Assembly: GCA_951406725.2 (NCBI GenBank)
Contig: OX597819.1
Location: 104,160,001 to 104,224,000, forward strand
Length of the DNA stretch: 64,000 nt
Source of the DNA: Octopus vulgaris
Lineage: Eukaryota
Direction: 5' to 3'
Made by a program: the position numbers and the translations under genes. Position 1 is the first letter of the stretch. The number at the start of each line of letters is the position of its first letter. Below the pieces are notes generated by a model that searched no databases, was not told where the DNA came from, and worked only from the letters and a program-made list of their open reading frames with translations. Positions 14,771 to 27,817 of the stretch are shown piece by piece.

Positions 14771-15336
14771 ATATGAATTTATGATAGGCTTTCACGCAGT
14801 GACTGATCCTGATTACACACGCACACATGAATATATATGTATACATGTATGTACCTATACATACATATACATATTTACTGTACACACACAGACACACACA
14901 CACAGACACACACACACACATATGTATACATGTATATACATTGGGAAACGCAGGATGAGACGGGGAAGAATGTCCATGGCACTGAACCTCTCAGAGGAGA
15001 TGACGGGATATCCGCGATGAATTGCGATATACTGTACTTGAGAAGACCCGCCTATCCATCTCAGCAGAATTGAGGTTCTGTCAAGCCTTCCCCCACAAAT
15101 CACCTACTGACACTTACCCTTCCATCAATCTTCTGTGTTACCCCATTTCCTTCACTCACCCCGAAACTAAACTGATGTCCTCCACGACCAACTCCTTCCC
15201 TATCTTTAACCATGTGTCACATTATTTCCACTCCGTACACTTACCTACACAACCACCTGGCAGTTCTTTCTTTCTCTCTTACCCTTTTCAGGTGAGCTAG
15301 CTATATATTAACATCTTCAGTAAGACTACTGCTCCT

Positions 15337-16151
15337 CCCGGACTAGTTATGTTTAATAAAACATTACTTATTTCCCTAAGTTTTAACATCATCTCTTTCG
15401 AAATAGTCTCCTTTCACAGCAATACACTGGTTCCAGCGTTCCTGCCACTTTTGGAATCTGATGTGCAAGTCGTTTTCCGTAAGCGAGTCGAAGACTTTCT
15501 GCGGCTCGCTCTTTATCACGATAACGTTGTTAAAACGACGACCCTTGAGATGCATTTTCCTCTTCGGGAAGAGATTAAAGTCAGCAGGTGCTAAATCTGG
15601 TGAATAGGACGGATGTGCAAACGACACAATGTTGAACTTACTAGTGAGGAGAGCTTGTTGACAGGGCGCATTTTCATCATGGTGAATCCAATTCTACGCG
15701 CTTCACAGATTCGGTAGCTTTCGCCGAATATCCTCCTGCAAGCGCTTCAAAACGCTGCAGTAGAATCCTCGATTGATGGTCTGGCCCTGGGGGACGAATT
15801 CGCGGTTGTCGAAAAAAAAATTTAAAAAACGATGAGCATGCTCTTGATTGAGTTGCGGCTCTGTCGTTCGCCCGTGCCACTTGAAACATTGCGTAGGCGA
15901 GTCGAAGATTTCCCTTGTTTAACGCAAAATTTCACATGAGCTCTTTGTTTCAACTTCTTATCCATAACAAAAATCGTAGACTACAACATACACATGACAA
16001 ATTTCACAACTTGCGAAGTAAACACAGCGATGTCACTCGGCCCACTGCCTCATGGAGGTCACCGCTTGCTTTCATTGCGCACGCAACCATTGTGCTGCCA
16101 TCTCTTGGCGCGCTACAGAACTAACCCGATAACTTTTTGATACCAACTCGT
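15337..16151 (-). mobile_element. Internally deleted mariner (D,D34D) transposon remnant
   Basis: Minus-strand ORF HPSYSPDLAPADFNLFP...FQKWQERWNQCIAVKGDYFE; TIR at ~16119-16151 and partial TIR TCCCGGACTAGTT at the left end; abuts (TA)n. Confidence 0.85.
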
Positions 16152-16152
16152 A

Positions 16153-16250
<98 letters not shown>

Positions 16251-16343
16251 TATGTGTGTGTGTGTGTGTATGACCATATATTTTTCAATATCAATATAGA
16301 AAGGAAGAATGAGAAAGTGAAAAAGAAAGGAAGAGTAATAGAA

Positions 16344-16445
<102 letters not shown>

Positions 16446-16887
16446 TGGGATTGGTGTGAAAAAAAATTGAATATATCGCCAATAAGAACTAGAAAATTCC
16501 TGTAATGAAAAAAAAAAGAAAATCCAAAAGGTAAAAGAAAACAATGGCAAAAATTATACGGAATACACGAAACAAAACTTGAAAAAATTTGAATAAAGTC
16601 AGTGAAATGAGTTATAAAAGAGACATTCTCCTACATCCAATTTTTCTGGTATATTTCTTTTTAAAGTTCCTTCTATTATGGTTTCTTGCCTTCCTGCACT
16701 GAGGAGTACGTTGATATCTAATTAATTTAATTTAATTCAATCATGAATTTATATCATTATTATATCTATGTACGAAACGATCGTCTGCAAGAATTCAACT
16801 TCTTATAAATTTTAACATCTTGTCTCCTCCATTTTTGATGAAATTTATGGGGTTTATGGAACTTCATTCCATAAATTCACCATGCAT

Positions 16888-16943
<56 letters not shown>

Positions 16944-16969
16944 TATATGTATATATATGTATATATGTA

Positions 16970-17000
<31 letters not shown>

Positions 17001-17097
17001 ATATGTGTATATATATATATGTATATATATGTATATATATGTGTATATATGTTTATATATATGTATATATATGTGTATATATCTATATACATGTATA

Positions 17098-17136
<39 letters not shown>

Positions 17137-17264
17137 ATATGTATGTATATATGTATGTATGTCTATATGTATATATATGTATGTATGTATATATGTATAT
17201 ATATATGTATGTATGTATATATGTATATACATGTATGTATGTATATATGTATATATATGTATGT

Positions 17265-17295
<31 letters not shown>

Positions 17296-17363
17296 TGTAT
17301 ATATGTGTATATATATATATATGTATATATGTGTATATATATATATATATATTTGTATATATG

Positions 17364-17394
<31 letters not shown>

Positions 17395-17413
17395 ATGTAT
17401 ATATGTATATATG

Positions 17414-17454
<41 letters not shown>

Positions 17455-17465
17455 ATGTATATGTA

Positions 17466-17512
<47 letters not shown>
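16888..17512. repeat. Long (TA)n/(TATG)n/(TG)n microsatellite
   Basis: Direct reading; source of the YI/YV/CV repeat ORFs. Confidence 0.95.
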
Positions 17513-17515
<3 letters not shown>

Positions 17516-17520
17516 TAAAT

Positions 17521-17939
17521 ATAAGGGTAGCAAAAATTCTAGAAAAATTCTCTGCTACCAGCGGTCCAGCGAGAAAGAAAAGATAGTCAAAGACTATATA
17601 ATATACATTCAAAAATATAAGGATTGGCCATAATAGGATATTCGACTCAATAGAAAGAGCAGCCAAACTCAAACCGCTAATAGTTATAATTCTGAAATTG
17701 AAAGAGAAATAAAAACGTTTACCCCTTTCATCTCTGGACTATGCATAGTTTCGGCAAACTTCGGTAAACAAATTAATTAAATTAAATTAAATTTATTTAC
17801 AACTGGCGTGCCTCGTCAGCAGAGAAGCCAAGGACGAGTATACATCCACGAAGCGATGGTAAGGAAGCCTCCAGTCTATATGCTATAAATTTTCAAAATC
17901 TAGTTTGAGTTTGGCTGCTTTTCTAGTGAGTCGTATGCC
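17521..17939 (-). mobile_element. Short non-coding hammerhead-bearing element (Penelope-type terminal repeat or retrozyme-like)
   Basis: Contains a canonical hammerhead and a ~31-bp inverted repeat; minus-strand 3' end ACCCTTATA runs into (TA)n. Confidence 0.6.
17731..17825 (-). ncRNA. Type I hammerhead ribozyme
   Basis: Minus strand UCUCUG-CUGACGA-GGCA...UGCC-GAAA-CUAUGCAUAG-UC-CAGAGA: complete core, 6-bp stem I, G-C closed stem II, palindromic stem III, GUC triplet. Confidence 0.85.
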
Positions 17940-19760
17940 AGAAATATGCCCCTGAGCACAAGGCCAAAACAAATAGGAGCAAGATTCCAAGAGACAGGAA
18001 GATCCTCATGAAACGACGGACGAAGGTTGCAAATCGTCTCAACCAACATCCCAAAAGTATCGAAACGTCCCGCCTAAAAACAACACTGATGGAGATCGAA
18101 AAAAGGCTACAACAATCCTGCGAAGGAGAAAGCAGACAAAGAAGCCTAGGTTATAAAAAAAACATTAAATCAAACCCAAAGGCCTTCTTTCATTACGCGA
18201 AAGAAACAGTCTCAGTGCACTACAAGATAGGACCCCTCCTCCAAAAGGATGGCTCCCTCATAGACAGTCCAGATAAGATCAGTGAGATGCTGAATGACCA
18301 GTTCAAAAGTGTCTTTACCACCCCGTTGGAACACAGACAAGTGAACGAACCAGTGGACTTCTTTGCCGCCTCACCTATAACCAGCGAGGCGGTTACAATA
18401 GAATGTATTGTCATTAGCGAAAAAGATGTCCTACTAGCCAAAGATGAAGTGGACACAAACTCAGCTGCTGGTCCAGGTGGTTTCCCAGCCATCCTCCTCA
18501 AAGCGTGTAAGCATGTCCTGGCAAAACCCCTCAAGATTCTCTTCCAGAGCTTTCTTGCGAATGGCAAACTGCCTAGCAAGCTGAAGGAGGGAATAATATG
18601 CCCAATACATAAAGGGGGAAGTAGAGCAGATGACAAAAACTATAGGCCTATCTCTCTGACTTCACACATCAGCAAAGTCATGGAACGGGATAGTCAAAAA
18701 GAAACTAATCGCATTCCTTGAGGAAAATAACTTGCTGAGTGATACCCAGCATGGTTTTCGACCAGGTAGGAGCTGCCTGACCCAGCTCTTACAACATTAT
18801 GACTGGGTGTTGAGGCAGTTACTCAACAAATCAAATGTGGACGTAAGCTACCTTGATTTTGCAAAAGCTTTTGACAAGGTGGATCATGGTATGATATGCC
18901 ACAAACTGCGTGTCCTCGGCATAGCTGGAAAACTTGGAGTGTGGTTACATGACTTCCTGAAAGATAGGAGTCAGGCAGTAGTGGTTAATGGAGCCACCTC
19001 TATGAACACACAAATAGTGAGCGGTGTTCCACAGGGCACTGTCTTGGGACCACTGCTTTTTATAGTGGCCCTCTCAGATATGCCCTCAAATGCCCGGATA
19101 GCCACTCTGGCCAGCTATGCAGACGATACGAAAGTCTCGCAGAAAATACAGAATCCCAGCGATGTTGCACACCTGCAGCAGGAGTTGGACTCAATCTACA
19201 GATGGGCTGAGGATAATAATATGCAGTTTAATGCTGAAAAATTCCAGGCCCTGCGCTACCAGCATCCAAAACTGAATATTAAACTTACAGGATACACCGG
19301 TCCACAGGGAATTTCAATCCCAGAGCCTAAGTCTGTGAGGGACCTGGGTATCGACATGAGTGATGATACCTCTTTCCAAGTGCACATTACCAGGATGGCG
19401 ACAAAGTGCAGACGACTGGCTGGCTGGATCCCAAGAACATTCAGAATCAGAGATAAGGAAACCATGATGGTCCTCTGGCGGACATTCGTCCTCAGCCGCC
19501 TGGATTACTGCTCACAGCTATGGTCACCCACCAGTCTAAAATTAACAGCGGACCTTGAAGCAATCCAGAGAAGATTCACAAAGAAGATCGTCTCTTTGAA
19601 ACAGCTCAGCTACTGGGAAAGGTTGAAACAGCTAAGACTCTACTCCCTGGAGAGAAGACGGGAGAGGTATGCAGTAATATATGTCTGGAAGATCCTAGAA
19701 GGAATTGTGCCAAATTTTGGCATTGTAAGCTACACCAATGCTAGAACGGGACGACACTGC
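17940..19760 (+). mobile_element. 5'-truncated CR1-group LINE ORF2 (reverse transcriptase), near intact, frameshift at ~18689
   Basis: YRPISLTSHISKVMER, QHGFRPGRSCLTQLL, YLDFAKAFDKVDH, SGVPQGTVLGPLLF, YADDTK, LDYCSQLWSP; removing one G at ~18689 joins ORFs 18008 and 18732. Confidence 0.92.
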
Positions 19761-20437
19761 ATTCTTAGAACTTTGAGAACGGGAGAACAGGAAACCATGA
19801 TGGTTTTTTGGAGGACATTTGTCCTCAGCCATTTAGTCCACTGCTCCTAACTATGATCTCTACGCAGTGTAAAATTATCTTCGGTCCTCGAAGCAATACA
19901 TAAGTTAGTTAAAGAAGATCATCTCAATGAGACATGTCAGCTACAAGAAGAGTCTGAAAAAGTTAAGACTTTACTCCTTAAAACAAAGGCGGGAAATGTG
20001 CAGTGATATACATCTGGAAAATCCTAGAAGGACTTGTTTTAAACTGGCATTTAAAGTTACACAGACAACAGAACTGGTTGCCGCTGAATAGTGCCAAGGA
20101 TCCTAAAAATGCCATCAGGATTAAGGACAAGGTATTGCAATTACCTGAATTTCAAGGGCCCACAGTTCATCAATATCCACCCAAAAGAGCTTGAGAGACT
20201 TATATGAGGTGGATGAAGGTGATTTCAAAACAAAACTGGATCTCTACCTGTCAAGAGTTCTGGATGAACCTACAACACATCAGAAAACGAAGATAGAGCT
20301 AGCAACAACAAACTCTCTCGTTCACCAAATGCAACATATCAGAGAAGGTTTGAAGTAATGAAAGGAACGCAAAAATAACGGTGATGCCCTAATATGGCTG
20401 CAGCTCTCCAGCTGAGACTCGCAAAAGGACAAAAGAG
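19761..20437 (+). mobile_element. Older, decayed 3' end and tail of a related CR1-group LINE
   Basis: Repeats the ETMMVxWRTFVLS and IYxWKILEG motifs seen ~333 bp upstream, with stops and frameshifts; ends in a stem-loop and AAAAGAG. Confidence 0.8.
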
Positions 20438-20615
20438 TTTTAAAAATGTATAAATACATACATACACGGTACGCAACCACAAGTGCTTTTACATTCTAGC
20501 TCGCTCACACACCTGCGCGTTTATATACTCCCCAATATGAATACGTAAATGCATATTGTATCTCCTCAAACGCATGCATGTAAAATTACACATATATACA
20601 CATTTATCAAGACCG

Positions 20616-20647
<32 letters not shown>

Positions 20648-20928
20648 TACATACGCACATAAACTCCCACAAATATGCATGAATATATGCATGTGTATAT
20701 AAGTTCGCTCTTTACAGCACTATATATATATATATATATGTGCATATACATACATAATATATACATGTATATATATTGTTTTATATATATATAAATAAAT
20801 ATGTATGTATATATATATATATATATATATATACACTTACGTACATACATATTCATACTCACCCAGGCACAAATAGATACATATGGATATGTATGTATAT
20901 ATATAAATATATAGACATATATATATAC

Positions 20929-20977
<49 letters not shown>

Positions 20978-21464
20978 TATAAATATATCTATATATGCAT
21001 GTATGTATGAATATATATATATATACACATACAAGCATACATATATATGTATGTATATATACATACACACTCACTCACAGACATGCTTATTTATATGTAT
21101 CTATATGTGCGCGTGTGCAGAAAACGCATGTTTTATTTTTAAGATCTTCTTTCCTCCTAAAAAAACTGAACAGATTGATAAAAAGAAACGTTACTGTTGT
21201 CGGAGGTGGCGAAGTTGTCGTTGGCGGTGTTGGTTGATTGGGGTAATTGATATTGAAGTAGGAGGTTATGATGGAGGGGAGGATGGTTACTGGTGATGGT
21301 GGTGGGGGTGGGGGCAAGAACATTTCGGATTGAAATAAGCAATAAGGAAACATCAGAAAACAAACCTGCAAGTGATCAAAGACGCATTAAATGTGATGAG
21401 CATGTCCCTCTAGGAAGAAATCATATCCTCTGAAAACTGTTTTAATTATAACAATAATAATTAC

Positions 21465-21525
<61 letters not shown>

Positions 21526-21620
21526 TATAACAATAATATTAAAATAAGAATAACAATAATAGTTGTATTAATAATAATAATAATGACTTATTTCATAAGA
21601 TACATTTTATAATAATAGTA

Positions 21621-21683
<63 letters not shown>

Positions 21684-21929
21684 GTAATAATAATAAAAAA
21701 AATAATAATAATAATGTTTGTGATGATGATGGTGATAGTAATACCAATAATATTGAACATGGTTGTAATGAGAGTTACAATAAAAATGATATGCTTCCAC
21801 CTTCACCATCACCACCACCAACACCATCAACAACAACAACGAAAAACAATAACATCGCCAAGGACAACTACAGGTTCGTTAGCAATTATACATGTACATG
21901 GATAATAATGCTGAAGAGGTGATAGTAAA

Positions 21930-21965
<36 letters not shown>

Positions 21966-22984
21966 GCTACTTTAAATAAACTAATAACATTGATGATAAT
22001 ATTAATGATAATAACAGTAAAATTAATGATGATGATGATGATGATGAAGAAGATGATGATGTTGATGCTAATGATGATGATCTTGTATTTGCCACAGGGG
22101 TGTCTGATGAGGTGAACATTACATGGGCATTTTAGAAATTGATGAGATCACAATAAAGAAAATTTTCTAATTGGTGATATCTCTAAAGTGTTCTGCCGCA
22201 ACATTCAACAACAACAACAACAACAACAACCACGGAACAATAAAAGCTATGACAATATTAACGACAACAGCACCAGTAACAGAAATAAGAACTATATTAA
22301 CAACAAGAACAGCAATAACATGAACAACAAAAACTGTGACAATAGCAATATTATTAACATAATAACAACAACAGCGCAAATAATGATAGCAACAACATCA
22401 TAACAATAATATAAACTCTGACTACTGCAACAACATCAGCAATAAGGAGAATGCATGGGGTTGGGGTTGGATAGATATACAAATGTATGCAATGTATGAC
22501 GTTATTAAGTGCAATGACATCATCACCACGACCCCACGAGCACTACGACGACCACCATGATGACTATGACGGCGACGACGACACACGCAACGACCAGCGT
22601 CAATACTGAAGATGTGACAACAGCTATGACAACAAATGACAACAATGCTATGTATAATACGTGTAAATATAATCCTCGTTGTGTTGTTTTCAAGTTCAAC
22701 TGTGTAATAGGTCACAAAGATATGTGGAGAATGTATGTATCTATATAGTATATGTATATTAAAGCAATAAAGATAATGTCTGGTCATAGAGTGACCAATA
22801 GCTTGGCGTCCTCGAAGGCTGTAGCCTCGTGAAGAACTTATCAGACTCTAGTCCGAAGACAAATATAACTCTTCACCTCTGGCAGGCAGAAATCCGTAAC
22901 GGTCATTGGTCATTTGGTCATCAAAGAATAAATAGTCCGGCTTGTGTCGAACGAATAAAAGGAGATTCACTTTCAGCAGATACC

Positions 22985-22991
22985 TATGTGT

Positions 22992-23055
<64 letters not shown>

Positions 23056-23240
23056 TTGTCCCCCCAACATCGCCTGACAACTGATGCTGGTGTGTTTACG
23101 TCCCCGTAACATAGCGGTTTGGCAAAAGAGAGCGATAGAAAAAGTACGAGACTTACAAAGAGTAAGGCCAGGGGTTGATTTGCTCGAATAAAGGCGGTGC
23201 TCCAGCATGGCCGCAGTCAAATGACTGAAACAAATAAAAG
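22985..23240 (+). mobile_element. SINE family A 3' half
   Basis: (TG)n then TTTGTCCCCC...GGCGGTGCTCCAGCATGGCCGCAGTCAAATGACTGAAAC. Confidence 0.85.
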
Positions 23241-23246
23241 TAAATG

Positions 23247-23305
<59 letters not shown>

Positions 23306-23617
23306 TAAACAGAAAATGGAGAAATATCGATCTACAACAATTGACTAACATCAATTATTACATTTTAATACAAGCATTTGTTTTAAAAAGTAATAATTGA
23401 CGTTAGTCAATTGTTGTTGATCGATATTTCCCCATTTTCTGTTAACTTTAAATTTGATTCCTGATAAACTCATGTTTATCTTTGTCATTGCCTGTGACTT
23501 ATAAGCATAATATGCTTGCATATGTATGTCCAGGGTTAACATAGGTAATTATACCGGTAGTATAACGGATATTTTTATCCTTTTCACAGTTATTCCAAAT
23601 TCTAACTCTACTAACCT

Positions 23618-23651
<34 letters not shown>

Positions 23652-23652
<1 letters not shown>

Positions 23653-24580
23653 GTAGGGTGGAGTAAAGAAGTCATACAGTTTTTTTTTTGATCCTGTTTA
23701 TCCCGGAGTTGGGATTTGTGTTAGCATGTAAAAAGAAAACTACCAGAGAAACTTCCAGAACGAAAATCCCACCAAAAATCCCAAAGCTACATCAAATGAA
23801 AACCAAAATAGCAACAAGTGACATATGGATAACAGAAATAACACAACAATAATGCTTGGTAATTAAGTTTACTCTGTAAGGAAGAAAGATACAGAGGAGA
23901 GTTCGACGTTTCTTACGGTGGTTCTTCACCAAGAAAAAACTGAGAAGTTAAAAATAACAGGAAAATCCAGTGGAGACAATATTGTTGGTTCTACTCACTA
24001 ATATTGTCTCTATTGGACTTTTTGTTATCCTTGCGAATCAAAGGATGTTTTAGTCGAAGAGAGCAGCATGAATGCTGAATGTCACATAGGAAAGCGCCTT
24101 CTTAACCGATGAATGTTCCAGAAATGGAGAAGGAAGATGGTGACTTGGCCCTGCTTGATTTTAATAACTGATTTGTTTTTCTTGGAATCTTCTTGAACAC
24201 ATTATGCTCACCTCCTTTGTCTTTACATATCCTTCGTTCAGAAATCCCTCACCTGGTTTTTAATGGTGAACGCATACTTGGTGGGCTTTGTGCCTTTTAC
24301 GACTGAATGTCTCACATTTATCTACATCCACAATGCGATATGGCTCTAAAACTGTTCGATTTGAAGATCCCAATCTTTCACATGTCGTTTATTGTCACAT
24401 AAGCACAACACTAACTCTGCTTCGTAAGAAGCCGAAGGATACTGGAATTGAGAATTGAGAATATTGACCTGCAGAAAGTTTCATTCTGTTTTGTACCAGA
24501 ATTATAAGAAACATTCTTGAGATTTCATTTGAGGAGACTCGTTGCCAAAAAACATCGGGATAACATTCCAGGTAATTCAA
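23652..24580 (-). mobile_element. Decayed Penelope-like remnant with relic hammerhead motif
   Basis: Minus strand TGAAGAACC...AGAAACGTC at ~23900-23935; ends ACCCTACG(TA)n; right boundary uncertain. Confidence 0.35.
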
Positions 24581-24596
24581 CTACCGTATAATAGAT

Positions 24597-24636
<40 letters not shown>

Positions 24637-24639
24637 GCT

Positions 24640-25290
24640 CCTTTCTACTATAGACACAAGGGCTGAAATTTTGGGGGAGGGTCTAGTCGATTATATCGAC
24701 CCCAGTACGTAACAGGTACTTAATAATAATAATGGTGATGATGAGAGTATTAGTTTCAAATTTTGGTACAAGGCCAGCAATCTCGGGGCAAGAGTTAAGT
24801 CGATCTGATCGATCCCAGTCTTCAGCTGGTACTATTTTATCGACCCTGAAGGATGTTACCGACCGTAATCGATGAAGGCAAAGTCGACTTTGGTGGAATT
24901 TGAACTCAAGAATGTGAAGACGGATGAAATGCCGCTAAGCATTTTGTCCAGCGTGCTAGCAATTTTAAATTTTGGCTGAAGGCCAGTAAATTCGAGGGAG
25001 CTAGTCGGTTACACTGACCCCAGTACTCAATTGGTGCTTATTCTATCGACCCCGAAGAATGAAAAGCAAAGTTAACCCCGGTGAGATTTGGACTCAGAAC
25101 TTAAATATCCGGAAGAATTTTTTCTTTTCGTTCTGTGCTCAAATTTTGTAGATGTCAACTCAGTCTTTTAACCACTCGCGGAGTTATTAACCACATATAG
25201 CACATCGACCCCCAATACGTAACTGGTACTTATTTTATCCGAACGGTTGAATAATAAAGTTGACTCCGGTGGAATTTATACTTTCTAGCA
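24640..25290 (-). mobile_element. Cluster of SINE family B fragments
   Basis: Repeated TCGACCCCAGT...GGTACTT and GGAATTTGAACTC motifs on the plus strand. Confidence 0.75.
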
Positions 25291-25323
25291 ATTTTGAGCG
25301 GAGTGGTTTACTTGATGCCATCG

Positions 25324-25379
<56 letters not shown>

Positions 25380-25574
25380 TCTGTGTGTATATCTTTCAGT
25401 CTGTCTCTCTGTCTCTGTCAGTCTCTCTCTCTCTCTCTCTCTCTCACTCACACATCTGTGTGTAAATGTATGTATATATATATATAGATATATACGTATA
25501 TATGTGTATGTATATATAGATATACGTATATATGTGTATATATGTATATATATTATATGTGTGTATATATATCA

Positions 25575-25649
<75 letters not shown>

Positions 25650-25942
25650 TAAAGTCTGTTAGATGACCTGCTGTATCAGAATGTTTTAATCATTTTAGTT
25701 TTTAAGGAAACTATAATTTTATTGCCACCTTACAAACATACACAAACATACGTGTGACTATGTGTGCGCGTGTACACTTGTGCGTGTGTGTGTGTTGTGT
25801 GTGTGTACGTGTGTGTGTGTGTGTGCGTGTAATTCCTTATGTATTTTTGTGTGTGAATGTGTGTCTATTTTTGTGAACCACCGACTCATTCAATGTGTCA
25901 GTAATGAACAAGAGCACTAGCGTCAGCAGCAGCAGCAGCAGC

Positions 25943-25974
<32 letters not shown>

Positions 25975-26795
25975 CACTATTAACATATTCATCGTCGTTG
26001 TCGTCGTCGTTGTTATTGTTGTTGCTGTCGCTGTTATTTTCATCATCAGCGACAACATCAACGAAAAATAAAAAACAAAAATATGAACAACAAGAATAAA
26101 AATAAACAAACGAAAAGCAACAACAACAACAACAGCTGCTAAAAAACATTAGCAGCAACAACAATAACAATAACAACAACAGTTAATTAAAATAGAAATA
26201 TTTAACATGTCAAAGAAAAATAATTTATATAAAAAAAGGACCCCAAAAAGATCACCAAAAAAAAATCCACAAGCATGAAATATAATCTAAACAACAACAA
26301 CAACAACAACAGCAACAACAATAACCAGCATCATCATCATCATCATCAACGCCACAATCACCACCACCACCAGAAGAACAACGTCTTGTACCGACACTTT
26401 CATCATTGTCGTTACCATCAACAGTATAAAAACGTAACGATAAAAATGTAGAAAAAAATATCATAACGAAGAAGGGCACCTATAACAAGAACAACAACAA
26501 CTGCTGCGGCTGCTACTACTACTGCTGCTGCTGCTGCTACTACTACTACTACTACTACTACTACATGAAAAGGGCTGAAACTGAAACGTTCGAAAAAATG
26601 TGATGTATATACATGCATACATACATATATTCATATGTGTGTGTGTATATATATATATATGTATATATATATACATATATATATATGTATATATATATAT
26701 ATGTATTTATATATGTATTTATATATATGTATATATATATGTATATATATATGTATTTATATATATATGTATATATATGTATATATATATGCATG

Positions 26796-26835
<40 letters not shown>

Positions 26836-27022
26836 GAGAGAGAGAGAGAGACACACACACACACACACACTCACTTACATACATACACACATGAAGAAAG
26901 AATTAAAAAACAGCTTTGTGGGAGGAATGGCACAAACTTTTGAAAATAATGAAAAATAAATACAGGAATATATTTTACATACATACATGCATACATGCGT
27001 ACATATACATGTATGTATGTGC

Positions 27023-27068
<46 letters not shown>

Positions 27069-27318
27069 AAATATATATATGGAGATATATATAGATAGAT
27101 ATATAGATATATATATATATATGGATATATATATACATACATATACACATGTTTATAAATAATTATATGCAATTTACGCATATATATGTATACTTATATA
27201 CATATGTGTGTGTGTGCATATATATGTGTATGTATGTTTGTATGTATATATATATATGTATGTATATATATATATGTGTGTATGTATATATATATATGTA
27301 TGCACATATGTATATGCT

Positions 27319-27358
<40 letters not shown>

Positions 27359-27524
27359 CATATATATGTATATATACAGAGGTAAATATATGCATATATA
27401 TACGTATGTGTGTGTGTGTATTTATGTGTGTATGTATGAGAAATGAAAATAGCATAATTAAATGAGAAAATTAAATGAAAATTTTAAAAATGGAGGTGGT
27501 GAGAAGGCGGCAGAAATATTGCCT

Positions 27525-27563
<39 letters not shown>

Positions 27564-27756
27564 GAGAGTGAGAGAGTGAGAAAGAGAGAAAGAGAAAGAG
27601 GGTGAAAGAAAGAAAGAAAAAGTGGAAAGGGAGAGAGATCGTGGAAGTGATAGAAAGATAGAGAAAGGGTGATAGAAATTTAGTGATGGTGTGGCGTAGA
27701 AGCTGAGTGGGATAAAGATTCCGATTGGTAGATAGATATACTATAGCAAAGAGAGA

Positions 27757-27817
<61 letters not shown>

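Noticed and set aside
16820-17672. Multiple >200-aa YI/CV ORFs
   Set aside because: (TA)/(TG) microsatellite has no stop codons; the same applies to 26.6-27.4 kb, 38.8-39.5 kb and 57.2-57.9 kb
22785-22920. TGACCAAT/ATTGGTCA inverted repeat with CGTAACGGTC
   Set aside because: No CUGANGA in the right position; too degenerate to call
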